Of a DNA stretch of 64,000 bases, positions 35,182-45,596 are shown piece after piece. Both the position numbers and the translations under genes were made by a program. The stretch comes from Huintestinicola sp. (lineage in GTDB: Bacteria; Bacillota; Clostridia; Oscillospirales; Ruminococcaceae). The stretch is taken from positions 2,052-66,051 of the forward strand of contig NZ_JBNMJV010000011.1 of NCBI RefSeq assembly GCF_050874005.1. The letters are read 5' to 3'. The first letter of the stretch is position 1; each line of letters begins with the position of its first letter. The notes below the pieces were generated by a model. It saw only the letters and a program-made list of their open reading frames with translations. It was not told where the DNA came from and ran no database searches.

Positions 35182-37182
35182 TTATAGCTTGAATTCGGAA
35201 ATAAGACCGCTGAGCATTGAAGCCTGACCGCTCAGCTCCTCGCTGGAAGCGGCACCCGACTGAGCGGTGTCTGCGGTGGTGCTTACCACCTCGGAAATAG
35301 CGTTTATTCCTTGGAAAACGCTGCCCATAAACTCGCTCTGCTCTCTTGCGGTATCGGATATCCGTCCGATGTTCTCGTCAACACGGGCGGTGTCGGCAAC
35401 AGCCTCTGCAAGCGCCTTGGCGGTTGAGTCAGCCAGAGCAGCACCTGCCGCAACGGCTTCGGTGGTCTGATTTATGAGCTTGGAAGTGCGGTTTGCGGCT
35501 TCTGCAGATTTGCCTGCAAGGTTTCTTACCTCGTCGGCAACAACGGTAAAGCCCTTTCCTGCCGCACCTGCTCTTGCCGCCTCAACGGAAGCGTTAAGAG
35601 CAAGGATATTTGTCTGGAATGCGATATCGTCAATGGTCTTGACTATCTTTGCTGTCTCGGCGCTCATTTCGGATATCTCGTTCATAGCATCGAGCAGCTT
35701 GTTCATTTCACGGTTGCTTTCCTCCAGCTTGACCCTTGCGCCCTCGGCAAGTTCACGAGCCTCGCAGGCGTTCTTGTCGCTGTCCTTCACCTTTTCAATG
35801 ATAACGGACATATCGGAGTTGAGCTTTTTGAGATTTTCCGTTTGACTGTAAACGCCCTCGGCAAGACGTGTAGAGGACTGAGCCACATTTGCGGCGCCCA
35901 GATTTACCTGACCCGAAGCGACCTCGATGTTATTAAGAGTATTTCGCATAGATGTGATAATATTCGTGAGTGACTCCTTTATGGGAGCGAAATCGCCGAT
36001 ATAATCCTCCGTGACATTTACCGTAAAATCGCCCTTTGCAAGACGGTCGAGCTTTTCGGAGATATCGGAGATATATCGTCTTGTGGTATCGGTGCAGCGT
36101 GCGAAATTCGAGCAGAGGATACCGATATCATCGGTTGAATTGTAATCGAAGCCTGCAGAAAGATCACCTGCGGCAATTTTCTCGGCAACAGCGCTTATCT
36201 TCTTGAGGGGCTTTACGCTTACCTTGATAACTCCCACAACAACTGCTGTGCCTACTGCAAGGAACACGAGAGTGAGGATGATGTAGATGACCGCAAGACC
36301 GTTAAGAGAGCCGTCAATGTCGTTTTTGGGGCATACATAGCCCAAAGTCCAGTCGGCGGAGGAAAGCCTGCTGAAAACGAAATATTTCTGCGAACCGTCA
36401 AAATCCTTGTTCAGATCCATATAAATGCCGTCGGAAAGCTGCGAGAGGACTTCGGCATAATCTCCCCCTGCGTCAGCGGCAGCGGTGATGACCGCATTTC
36501 CGTCCTCGATCTTAGGGCTCAGCGCCTCATTTCCGTGAAGCATAATGTTTCCGTCGCCGTCGATGAGAACGGGAAAACCGTTCTCGGTAAGCTGCATCTG
36601 ACTTGCCAGCTCCATTATGTAATCAAGGGTGATGTCGCAGCCGAAAACGCCCACAAGGTTGCCGTTTTCGTAAATAGGCGACGCAACGGTTATGACCATT
36701 GCACCCGTAGCGGTGTCGATATAGGGAGCGGTGATGATGGTGGATCCGGAGTCGTAAGCGCTCCGGTACCAGCCTCTTGTGGTGGCGTCAAAGCCCTCGG
36801 GAAGGGTCGAGGTGTCGGTGACAGCCATATAAAGGGCGGTGTCATTGTATGCTGTGTAGCAGTCAAGGAGAGCGTCGTTCAGGGTCATTGCAGAGTCAAG
36901 GAATTTGTCGTTAAATCTGCGGTTGCCTGCGCCCGGGACAAGATTTCCCGCCGCATTTGCCTGAGCTTCGCAGAATGTTGCCTGCTCGGAAAGCCAGGCG
37001 TCTATCTTTTCCCTGTAAACGGTGATGGACTGCTTTACCGATGACTGAATGCCGCTTTTTGTCCTTGAATAGGAGAAAGTGAAGCCTATCACGGATATAA
37101 GCGTCAGAGCCACAGCAATGGTAATAACTACAGAAATAATGATGGATCTGATAAGACCCGCAGATTTTTTTGAGCCGTTCAT
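35182..37182 (-). CDS. Methyl-accepting chemotaxis protein with dCache sensor and HAMP domain
   Basis: Two TMs; RGWY...[12 protein letters not shown] Cache motif; [34 protein letters not shown] signalling domain. Likely start at 37182. Confidence 0.95.
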   Translation of the reverse strand: MNGSKKSAGLIRSIIISVVITIAVALTLISVIGFTFSYSRTKSGIQSSVKQSITVYREKIDAWLSEQATFCEAQANAAGNLVPGAGNRRFNDKFLDSAMTLNDALLDCYTAYNDTALYMAVTDTSTLPEGFDATTRGWYRSAYDSGSTIITAPYIDTATGAMVITVASPIYENGNLVGVFGCDITLDYIMELASQMQLTENGFPVLIDGDGNIMLHGNEALSPKIEDGNAVITAAADAGGDYAEVLSQLSDGIYMDLNKDFDGSQKYFVFSRLSSADWTLGYVCPKNDIDGSLNGLAVIYIILTLVFLAVGTAVVVGVIKVSVKPLKKISAVAEKIAAGDLSAGFDYNSTDDIGILCSNFARCTDTTRRYISDISEKLDRLAKGDFTVNVTEDYIGDFAPIKESLTNIITSMRNTLNNIEVASGQVNLGAANVAQSSTRLAEGVYSQTENLKKLNSDMSVIIEKVKDSDKNACEARELAEGARVKLEESNREMNKLLDAMNEISEMSAETAKIVKTIDDIAFQTNILALNASVEAARAGAAGKGFTVVADEVRNLAGKSAEAANRTSKLINQTTEAVAAGAALADSTAKALAEAVADTARVDENIGRISDTAREQSEFMGSVFQGINAISEVVSTTADTAQSGAASSEELSGQASMLSGLISEFKL

Positions 37183-37238
37183 ATTCCACATTCCTTTTGA
37201 TCTCCAGAATTAAGATACCTCGAGTAATAATTATATAT

Positions 37239-37267
37239 AGTATATCATATTTTACCGCAAATTTCAA
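37239..37267 (-). promoter_or_regulatory. Sigma-A promoter of the MCP gene
   Basis: Minus strand TTGAAA-17-TATACT with TG extension. Confidence 0.6.
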
Positions 37268-37589
37268 CATATTTTTTATAAAATGGGGATAATATTTTTC
37301 TGTATCCGTCATATCCCGGAAAAGGCTTCGGAAAAAACGGGCTGCCATATCTGCGAAAACGTTGTAAACAGCCATACTGCGATATTTTGCCGCAAAAAGC
37401 CCGTGTAAAATTACACAAAGCAAATGTTAAGATTAAATGAAATCCGACTGCCGCCGACAAAATATTTGCCAAAAAATTATTATTTTCGACAGCAGCTATT
37501 GTTAAATGTGCCGAAACCTCTGTAAAAAACGACGGAAATAACAAAATCGGGTTGATTTTTCCGTCAGTTGAGTTATAATTATTACAAAG

Positions 37590-37606
37590 TGTAACCGCTT
37601 TGTAAC
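37590..37606 (+). promoter_or_regulatory. WalR-like direct-repeat box upstream of the M23 peptidase
   Basis: TGTAAC-CGCTT-TGTAAC fits TGTWAH-N5-TGTWAH; it lies 10 nt after the TATAAT at 37574-37579. Confidence 0.55.
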
Positions 37607-37739
37607 CATTTTGTCCCCGTTTTGATATTCTCCAAAAGAATGTCATTTATAAAGAAAGAAATTACGGGCAAAATCACAAGCATTTTTCCTCTGCTGTCTG
37701 CATTTTTTGTCGGTATAGCCTAAAGATAGAAAAGGGCTA

Positions 37740-37768
37740 TTGATTTTAAAGGGAAAATGTGCTATAAT
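37740..37768 (+). promoter_or_regulatory. Proximal sigma-A promoter of the M23 gene
   Basis: TTGATT-17-TATAAT with TGTG extension. Confidence 0.6.
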
Positions 37769-37813
37769 TGTAAAGTTAGCTGTTTGAAAGGAAATCGGAA
37801 AGGAGATGCTGTT

Positions 37814-39607
37814 ATGACAGAAAAGCGGACCCATAAAGCTTCGCTTGTAGAATGCGTGGGCGAGCAGGTATGCCGCACCGCAGGACTTACTGCAGAGTAT
37901 GCTGTCCGTATCCTTAACAATGCTGTCTCCGCAGTAAAACATTCCTCCGCCCCCTTCGGACGTGACGTATCGGCATTTCTCAGGGAAACCGCAAAGATCC
38001 CCGTTACATTTATAAAGGCAAAGAAGGAAAACGTTTCCGAGGTCTGCTCAAGATTTAAGAGAAGATCAAAGATATTCGGCATCCGCAAAGCGGCGGCAAT
38101 GCAGTGGAAGGAACACCGCCTTGCAGTCCGCAGAAAGGGCAGCGCATTTGCTCCCCTGACGGAACTTATCTTCCCCGCAGCTTCCGTATGTTTCCTTGCA
38201 TTCTGCGTCAACAGCGTAATGTCGAGAGACTATGGCGTTGCCGTTGAATACGACGGCGCTCAGGTGGGCGTTGTAAGCGGAGAGGAAGTTCTGGGCGAGG
38301 CTCAGTGCGTGGTAGCCGACAGAGTCAAGTATTACGATACCGACGGCGATTATTATGTTACCGCCGCTCTTGCCATAACACCTCTCACATCAAACGACAG
38401 CGTTATCGACGAAGCAGCCCTTGCGGAAAATATGGAAGGCAGAATGTCGGAGAAATACGAAGAAAAGCCCGTTGTTTCCGAGGAAGATATACCGGAAGAG
38501 GAAGCTCCGGAGTTTGATAACGGCAAGAAGAAAGCGTATGCGGTCAGAGTAGACGGAGAGCTTATCGGAGCCGTTGAAAGCTACGAGCAGATCGAAAACG
38601 TGCTTGAAAACATAAAAGAGCCTTACGATTCGGGCGAATATCAGGAAATATGCTTTGACAAGGACGTTGAATACGACCTTGAGGAATATGTGGACGAAGA
38701 TCAGATAGTATCCGAGGGCAGCATACTCAAAACTCTTACGGGAGTTGAGTCCGCTCCCGAGTATTACGAGGTACAGCCCGGAGACAATCTCTGGAACATC
38801 GCAGAGAGCAAGGGTATGACTTTAGACGAGCTGAGCAGCTGCTATGCCACCTACAACGGACAGGTGGTAGAGGATCTGGAAAATCAGGTGCTCAGAGTGG
38901 GAACTCTTATTCAGATAGAGTCCGAGGTCCCTTATTTACAGGTCGAGTGCAAAAAGGAAGTTACATTCCGCAAGGATATCCCTTATGAGTCTATCACCAT
39001 CGAGGACGCTTCTCTTCCCTCAGGACAGGTGGTAATAGACACCGAGGGTCAGAACGGCGAACAGCGTTCAAGAGCGCTGGTTACATACAGAGAGGGCACA
39101 GCGGTAAGAAAGCGCACTCTCGAGACCATTACAGTCACCGAGCCTGTCTCCGAGATAATCAGGATAGGCACAGGCACGGCAGGCGAAGGCGTTATAGACT
39201 ACAGCGCACCCGAATTCATTACCGAGGGCGGCACAGGCGATTACTTCTGGCCCGTAGACGGCGGCTACATCTCCGCTCATCAGGGCGACGGAAGAGGTCA
39301 TAAGGGCATAGATATCGCCGCTCCTTACGGAACACCCATTTATGCGGCTGCAAGCGGAACGGTAATAGACGCAGGCACAGGTTGGAACGGCGGTTACGGA
39401 AACTGCGTCATCGTTGAGAATGACGACGGCAATGTAACAGTCTACGCACATCAGGCAGAGCTTGCAGTAGAGTACGGTGATGTGATCGAAAAGGGTCAGC
39501 TTATCGGATATGTGGGAAGTACGGGAGATTCTACCGGAAATCATCTCCATTTCGAGGTACGCAAGGACGGAAAGTATTACGATCCCGAGCTTTATGTATC
39601 TCAGTAA
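37814..39607 (+). CDS. M23 peptidoglycan endopeptidase with LysM and G5 domains
   Basis: LysM YEVQPGDNLWNIA; G5-like segment; HKGIDIA, YAHQ and HLHFEV zinc motifs intact. ATG at 37814 follows AAGGAG. Confidence 0.9.
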   Translation: MTEKRTHKASLVECVGEQVCRTAGLTAEYAVRILNNAVSAVKHSSAPFGRDVSAFLRETAKIPVTFIKAKKENVSEVCSRFKRRSKIFGIRKAAAMQWKEHRLAVRRKGSAFAPLTELIFPAASVCFLAFCVNSVMSRDYGVAVEYDGAQVGVVSGEEVLGEAQCVVADRVKYYDTDGDYYVTAALAITPLTSNDSVIDEAALAENMEGRMSEKYEEKPVVSEEDIPEEEAPEFDNGKKKAYAVRVDGELIGAVESYEQIENVLENIKEPYDSGEYQEICFDKDVEYDLEEYVDEDQIVSEGSILKTLTGVESAPEYYEVQPGDNLWNIAESKGMTLDELSSCYATYNGQVVEDLENQVLRVGTLIQIESEVPYLQVECKKEVTFRKDIPYESITIEDASLPSGQVVIDTEGQNGEQRSRALVTYREGTAVRKRTLETITVTEPVSEIIRIGTGTAGEGVIDYSAPEFITEGGTGDYFWPVDGGYISAHQGDGRGHKGIDIAAPYGTPIYAAASGTVIDAGTGWNGGYGNCVIVENDDGNVTVYAHQAELAVEYGDVIEKGQLIGYVGSTGDSTGNHLHFEVRKDGKYYDPELYVSQ

Positions 39608-39632
39608 AATCGGATTACAGCTTATAATTTGC

Positions 39633-39670
39633 GGCAGACGATAGATAATTTCCATCGTCTGCCCTTTTGC
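39633..39670 (+). terminator. Intrinsic terminator
   Basis: GGCAGACGAT / ATCGTCTGCC followed by CTTTT. Confidence 0.7.
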
Positions 39671-39712
39671 TGTATAATGCTGTATAAAAAATAAGACAGA
39701 GGGGTTTTTCAT

Positions 39713-41215
39713 TTGGCAGGCAAACGCATTTCGGAAAAAACATCAAAGCACATCGCCGCACCTCGGGACACATTCGCCGAGGAACTGAGCAGATACATTG
39801 AAAAAAGCGGAATGACCATACAGAAGCTGTCCGCTGTAACAGGCCTGGGCAGGACAGCCATTCAGCATACCATCGCAGGCAAGCTTGTGCCTGCCAAAAA
39901 CTTTATCGACAGGCTCTGCGCCGCACTTCCTATGACCCCCGAGCAGCGTGACGAGCTTACCCGCCGATATGCAAGGGAAAAAGCCGGAGAAGCGGCATAC
40001 TACAACCGCAGCCGCATAAAGCAGATCATCGAGACCCTGCCTCAGTACCGCATATCCGACAGGATAACGGACATATCGGTGGGAGTAGACAGCCTCAAAA
40101 ACTGCACGATCAAAAGTGTTTCGGGGCTGGTAAATGTCAATAGCCTGCTTAGAACGGTGCTGCTGGCGGAGTCCTCGCTGCCGTCTCCGAAGCTTATTAC
40201 CGCCATACCCTTTGACTACACGGTGTTTTTTGAAATGCTGCTGCAAATATTTTCCGCCTCCCGTTCGGGACTGTGCCTTGAGCATTATTTCAGAATGTAC
40301 ACCTGCGCCGAGGGGGAGAAGAACATCAATCTGGATATTCTTCAGGGAGCGCTTAAAATAGCAATGTGCGCCGCTATAGACTATTCCCCCTATTATCATT
40401 ATGCAAACCGTGAAGCGGTGGACTGCCTGCTTACGGCATATCCCTATTTTATGATATCAAGCGACTTTTCGGTTCTCGTGTCCTCAGACTTTTCCGCCGC
40501 CGTGCTTATCGGGGATAAGGAGCTTAGAGAAGAGCTTATCAGGCATTCCGAAAGGATAAGAAGCCGTTCCTCCCTTATGATAACAAGAGTGGGACAGGCG
40601 GAAATGTTCGGAGTTTTTGCAAACTGCTCCCCCTATTTTTACAGCAGCATAGAATATCAGCCCTGCCTTACCGCATACGTAAACGAGGATATCCTGCAAA
40701 GGCGGCTGGGTGATGTTCCTCACAGAGAGGATATACTGCGGACTGTGAGGGAAAAGTTTTTCGACACCCCAAATATGGACACAAGCCGATATAAAAATTA
40801 TTTTACCAAAGAGGGACTTATTTCCTTCGCCAAAACGGGTAAAATGACTAATATGCCGGGGTTCCTGCTGGAACCTATGAGCCGTGAGGAAAGGATATAT
40901 TTCCTCGAGTCGATGAAAGCAGACTCGGGAAGCTATATAATGCTGTCCGAGGACTTTGCGGTACCCTCCTTTATGCAGGTCATATGCCTTACAAACCGAA
41001 CGGTCATTATTTCCTGCCTTACCGAGGAGATTAAATTCTGCTGCCTGCTCACCGAGCCGGGGCTCTGCGGAGCTTTCGAGGACCTTATAGACAGTCTGGG
41101 CGACTCGGGACTTACCGAAAACGTGGGCATATTTACAGCGGTGATAGACAGCTGCATTGAAATGATAAAAAAATCAGATGAAGAAGACTATGTGAAAACA
41201 GAACTTGAAGCATAA
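39713..41215 (+). CDS. XRE-like HTH protein with a large uncharacterised C-terminal region
   Basis: TTG start after AGAGGGG; LSRYIEKSGMTIQKLSAVTGLGRTAIQHTIAGK HTH. Confidence 0.7.
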   Translation: MAGKRISEKTSKHIAAPRDTFAEELSRYIEKSGMTIQKLSAVTGLGRTAIQHTIAGKLVPAKNFIDRLCAALPMTPEQRDELTRRYAREKAGEAAYYNRSRIKQIIETLPQYRISDRITDISVGVDSLKNCTIKSVSGLVNVNSLLRTVLLAESSLPSPKLITAIPFDYTVFFEMLLQIFSASRSGLCLEHYFRMYTCAEGEKNINLDILQGALKIAMCAAIDYSPYYHYANREAVDCLLTAYPYFMISSDFSVLVSSDFSAAVLIGDKELREELIRHSERIRSRSSLMITRVGQAEMFGVFANCSPYFYSSIEYQPCLTAYVNEDILQRRLGDVPHREDILRTVREKFFDTPNMDTSRYKNYFTKEGLISFAKTGKMTNMPGFLLEPMSREERIYFLESMKADSGSYIMLSEDFAVPSFMQVICLTNRTVIISCLTEEIKFCCLLTEPGLCGAFEDLIDSLGDSGLTENVGIFTAVIDSCIEMIKKSDEEDYVKTELEA

Positions 41216-41229
41216 AAAGGAGGTAGCAT

Positions 41230-42495
41230 ATGCCCGAGCTTTATGAAACAGAGGCGGAGGAAATGCCCGTAAAAGCCGTTATAATAACCGTTGATACGGG
41301 AGAGTTCGACGCCGAGCTATCCTTAAAGGAGCTTGAGGAGCTTGCCCATACCGCAGGAGCGGAGGTTGTGGGTCAGGTCATACAGAAGCGCCCCACACCC
41401 GATACAGCCACATATATCGGTTCGGGACGTCTTGCAGAGCTTACCGGGGAGATCGAAGCCTTAGGTGCGGAGCTTCTTATCTTTGACTGCGAGCTTACCG
41501 CCAATCAGACAAGGAATATCGAAAATATAACCGATATCCGCACCATAGACCGCACCACTCTTATCCTTGATATATTCGCACAAAGAGCACTTTCTGCCGA
41601 GGGACGCATACAGGTGGAGCTTGCTCAGCAGAAATACCGCCTTGCTCACCTTGCAGGAAAGGGCATATCAATGTCGAGGCTTGGCGGCGGAATAGGCACA
41701 AGAGGCCCCGGAGAGTCAAAGCTTGAGACCGACAGGCGGCATATAAGGCGGAGGATAGAGCTTCTGGAGGATGATTTAGAGGAAATTCGCCGCCGCCGTG
41801 ACCTTATCAGAAAGCGCCGCAAAAAGGACAGCGTTCTCACCGCCGCTGTGGTGGGGTATACCAATGTGGGCAAATCCACCCTCTTAAATGCCCTCACCGA
41901 TGCGGGAGTGCTTGCGGAAAACAAGCTTTTTGCCACCCTTGACATAACCTCACGCTCGATTGAGCTGCCCGACGGACGGAGCGTTCTCCTCACCGATACG
42001 GTGGGACTGATAAGACGTCTGCCACATCACCTTGTGGAGGCATTCAAAAGCACTCTCGAGGAAGCGGCAAACGCAGATATTATCCTTAACGTCATAGACA
42101 TAAGCTCCGACGACGCCTACGGACAGGCAAAGGTCACAAACGAGCTGCTTTCCGAGCTGGGCTGTGACGGCATACCCAAGATAGATGTTCTGAATAAATG
42201 CGACAAGCTGCCCGGATATGAAAATATCCCCGAGGACAGCACTACCGTTAAAATATCCGCAAAGCAGGGCTTCGGCTTTGACAGGCTTCTTGAGTGCATA
42301 GCCGCAAATCTCCCCGAGCAGGCGGTAAGGGGCAGCTTTGTCATTCCCTATGACAAGGGCAGTCTGCTTAACACTATCAGGGCGGACGGAAAGATATTTT
42401 CCGAGGAATACACCGAAAGCGGCACGCTTATTGATGCGCTTGTGGACAAAAAAGTGCTGTATATGGTGGAAGAATACCGCTATGAACAGGAATGA
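41230..42495 (+). CDS. hflX: GTPase HflX
   Basis: ILDIFAQRA, GIGTRGPGESKLETDRR, VGYTNVGKST, LFATLD, DTVG, NKCD. Confidence 0.97.
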   Translation: MPELYETEAEEMPVKAVIITVDTGEFDAELSLKELEELAHTAGAEVVGQVIQKRPTPDTATYIGSGRLAELTGEIEALGAELLIFDCELTANQTRNIENITDIRTIDRTTLILDIFAQRALSAEGRIQVELAQQKYRLAHLAGKGISMSRLGGGIGTRGPGESKLETDRRHIRRRIELLEDDLEEIRRRRDLIRKRRKKDSVLTAAVVGYTNVGKSTLLNALTDAGVLAENKLFATLDITSRSIELPDGRSVLLTDTVGLIRRLPHHLVEAFKSTLEEAANADIILNVIDISSDDAYGQAKVTNELLSELGCDGIPKIDVLNKCDKLPGYENIPEDSTTVKISAKQGFGFDRLLECIAANLPEQAVRGSFVIPYDKGSLLNTIRADGKIFSEEYTESGTLIDALVDKKVLYMVEEYRYEQE

Positions 42496-42504
42496 TGAAA
42501 AATT

Positions 42505-42927
42505 ATGCCCTATTTTCTCATAATTTTCGGTGCCGCTCTGGTAATAATATCTGTACTGGCGCATAAAAAAGCCATTGTGAAAGAAAATGAGCTTCAACGC
42601 TTCATATCTCTTGCAAAGGAATATGAAGCGGTGGTGCTTGATACCCCGAAGGAAAAAAAGAAAAGGTCGGCGGTGATACAGATACGTATCGAGGAGCAGA
42701 AGCGCACCCTTGTTCATCGCTGTACAGAGCCGTTTGTGGGCAATTACAAGCGTGGAGACAGGATAAGCGTGTACCTTATCGAGCAGATGCCTGCCGACCG
42801 CTCCCTGATAAAAGGGGACAACCGCTTTGAAAAATTCATAAGCACCGAAAAAAAGCTGAGGCTCCCCGTAATGATATCCGGGGCGGCTGCGGCTGTTGTC
42901 GGGATAATACTTCTTTTTCTAAGATGA
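42505..42927 (+). CDS. Hypothetical membrane protein (N- and C-terminal TM)
   Basis: 140-aa ORF in line with hflX with two hydrophobic ends. Confidence 0.65.
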   Translation: MPYFLIIFGAALVIISVLAHKKAIVKENELQRFISLAKEYEAVVLDTPKEKKKRSAVIQIRIEEQKRTLVHRCTEPFVGNYKRGDRISVYLIEQMPADRSLIKGDNRFEKFISTEKKLRLPVMISGAAAAVVGIILLFLR

Positions 42928-43006
42928 AAAACTTGTGAAATAAGTAGAATTTTCCCGAAAGATGTGTTATACTTAAATAAATGATTTTTATATCGGAGAT
43001 GATAAA

Positions 43007-44281
43007 GTGACCCATCGCAAAAGAACGGAAATAGGCAAAGGGATAGGTCTGACCGTCCTTACAGACCCCAAATTCAAGACCAACGGCATTGTCATAAATC
43101 TTGTGTGCAGACATACAAAGGAGACTGCCGCCGCAAATGCCGCAGTTGCCTTTATGATTGAGGACACCTGCAAAAAGTACCCCACCGTCACCGAATTTAA
43201 CAGGCGGCTGGGAATGTTATACGGAGCAAGCGTGAATACGGGTATCAGCCGCCGCTCGGACAGCGTGCAGATAACCGCCGCCGCTTCCTGCATTGCGGAT
43301 AAATATGCCCTGAACGGCGAGGATATCACCCGTCAGACTGCAGAGCTTCTTACAGAGTGCCTTTTTGAACCCGTTACCGAGCTTGTAAACGGTGAGGAAT
43401 GTTTCCCCGAAAAGCAGTTTCAGCTTAAAAAGCAGGAGCTTATTGACGATATAGACGCAGATATCAATGATAAAAGAGGCTATGCATTAAAAAATGCAGG
43501 CAGGATAATCTATGAAGGCGAGCCTGCGGGAATACCCCTCAAGGGTGAGCGCTCCGAGGCAATGGCTCTTACAGCTTCGGAGGTATATAAGGCATATAAG
43601 AATATTCTCAGAACTGCAAGGATAGAGATCGTCTGCGTGGGCTGCGAGATATCCCCCGAATGTGAAAAGCTTATAACCGACCGCTTTTCCGCTATGGACA
43701 GGGGAGAGATATACGAGCCTGTAAACAGCACCTCACCTGCAAAGTCCTCTCCCGTAAGCAAGACCGACAGACTTGAAGTGGCACAGAGCAAAATGGTTAT
43801 GGCGTATAAGACTCCCGAGACAGATTACGCCGTATCAAAGCTCTTTAATGCGCTGCTTGGCGGCACACCTTTTTCAATGCTTTTTAAGAGCGTAAGAGAA
43901 AAGCTGAGCCTCTGCTATTACTGCTCCGCAAGCGTGAGCCGCAGAAAGGGCGTAATATATATCGACAGCGGCATTGAAAAGGAAAATATCGAGCCTGCCA
44001 AAAACGAGATAATGAAGCAGGTGGAAATGGCGGCAAAGGGTGAATTTACCGATGAACTGCTCCAAAAGACCAAGCTTCTCCTTACCTGCGCCCTGAAATC
44101 TGTTTTCGACTCACCGAAAGCCGCCGCAGACTGGGTATCCGACGGATATCTTGACGGAGATATCTTCTCTCCCGAGGAAGCGGCTGAACGGATAAACGCC
44201 GTTACAAGAGAGCAGATATGCGAATACGGCAGATCTCTCAAGCTTGATACGGTCTATGTTTTAACGGGAAAGGAGGACTGA
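43007..44281 (+). CDS. M16 family peptidase-like subunit (YmfF-like, no HxxEH)
   Basis: LGGTPFSMLFKSVREKLSLCYYC and IDSGI M16 C-terminal motifs; paired with the next gene. Confidence 0.85.
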   Translation: MTHRKRTEIGKGIGLTVLTDPKFKTNGIVINLVCRHTKETAAANAAVAFMIEDTCKKYPTVTEFNRRLGMLYGASVNTGISRRSDSVQITAAASCIADKYALNGEDITRQTAELLTECLFEPVTELVNGEECFPEKQFQLKKQELIDDIDADINDKRGYALKNAGRIIYEGEPAGIPLKGERSEAMALTASEVYKAYKNILRTARIEIVCVGCEISPECEKLITDRFSAMDRGEIYEPVNSTSPAKSSPVSKTDRLEVAQSKMVMAYKTPETDYAVSKLFNALLGGTPFSMLFKSVREKLSLCYYCSASVSRRKGVIYIDSGIEKENIEPAKNEIMKQVEMAAKGEFTDELLQKTKLLLTCALKSVFDSPKAAADWVSDGYLDGDIFSPEEAAERINAVTREQICEYGRSLKLDTVYVLTGKED

Positions 44282-45568
44282 GTGATGAAAAAGGAAATAA
44301 TTTCCAATGCCCGCACAGGTGAAAAATACACAAGAGTGCTTCACGACAGCGGACTTGAGATACTTATCTGGAAAACCGAAGGACACAGCGTAAAGCACGC
44401 TCTTTTCGGCACCCGCTACGGCTCGGTGAACACCACCTTCAAGACCTCCGACGACCCGGATTTCGTTACCGTACCAAACGGCATTGCCCATTATCTTGAG
44501 CATAAGCTTTTCGAGAACGAGGACTGCGATGTTTTCGACCTCTACGCACAGACAGGAGCTTCGGGAAACGCTTACACCTCATTTGACAGGACCTGCTATC
44601 TGTTTTCCTGCACCGATAATTTCATTCCGTCTCTGAGAATACTTCTGGATTTCGTACAGAAGCCCTATTTCACCGAGGAAACTGTCCGCAAGGAACAGGG
44701 AATAATCGGGCAGGAGATAAGAATGTACGACGACAGCCCCGACTGGAAGGTGTTTTTCAATCTACTTGAGGGCATATACCACAAAAACCCCGTAAGGATA
44801 GATATTGCAGGCACACAGGAGTCTATCGCAATGATAAACGCCGACCTGCTTTACCGCTGCTATAATACGTTCTACAATCTCCACAATATGGTGCTTGCCA
44901 TTGCGGGAGACGTAGACGAGGACGAGATACTTTCCGTCTGCGACGAGCTTTTAAAGCCCTGCGAGAATAAGGATCTTGTTTCCATCGTTCCCGATGAGCC
45001 CGATACCGTTAAGGACAGCTACAGGGAGCAGAGCTTCGAGGTAGCCGTTCCTATGTTCAATCTTGGCTTCAAATCAAAGCCCGTGAGCAATGATGATATC
45101 GTCAGGGAAACAGTTCTCTGCAATATGGCGGAGGAGCTTCTTATGGGCGAAACATCGGAGCTTTACAAGACCCTCTATGACGGCGGACTTATAAATTCCG
45201 CATTTTATTTTGAGACCTTCTCGGGAGACGGCTTCTTCGTTCCCATTTTCGGCGGCGAGTCACGTGACCCCGAAAAGGTTCGGGAAATGCTTAATGCCGA
45301 GATAAAGAGGCGTTTGACCGAGGGCTTTGACCCCGAAAGCTTTGAGATAGCAAGAAAGCATTATTACGGCTCTCTCATAAAGGGTCTCGGCAGTCCCGAG
45401 TCCATAGCCACGGGGCTTATAAACGCAGGACTCCGAGGCACAGGAGACGCATTCTCGGTCATCGAAGCGGTGGCAAATGCCTCTCTCGAGGACGTAAACG
45501 CCTGCCTTAAAACACGTTTTGATACGGATAATAGCACTCTTTCCGTTATCCGTCCCATAGAAAAATAA
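44282..45568 (+). CDS. M16 family zinc peptidase (YmfH-like)
   Basis: GIAHYLEHKLFE, NAYTSFDRTCYLFS, KEQGIIGQEI.MY.D. Confidence 0.92.
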   Translation: MMKKEIISNARTGEKYTRVLHDSGLEILIWKTEGHSVKHALFGTRYGSVNTTFKTSDDPDFVTVPNGIAHYLEHKLFENEDCDVFDLYAQTGASGNAYTSFDRTCYLFSCTDNFIPSLRILLDFVQKPYFTEETVRKEQGIIGQEIRMYDDSPDWKVFFNLLEGIYHKNPVRIDIAGTQESIAMINADLLYRCYNTFYNLHNMVLAIAGDVDEDEILSVCDELLKPCENKDLVSIVPDEPDTVKDSYREQSFEVAVPMFNLGFKSKPVSNDDIVRETVLCNMAEELLMGETSELYKTLYDGGLINSAFYFETFSGDGFFVPIFGGESRDPEKVREMLNAEIKRRLTEGFDPESFEIARKHYYGSLIKGLGSPESIATGLINAGLRGTGDAFSVIEAVANASLEDVNACLKTRFDTDNSTLSVIRPIEK

Positions 45569-45596
45569 AAATTCCCGAAAGGACTGAACATCACAA

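Noticed and set aside
43007-44281. M16 subunit lacking HxxEH as a novel pseudoenzyme
   Set aside because: An inactive/active pair (YmfF/YmfH type) is the known normal arrangement.
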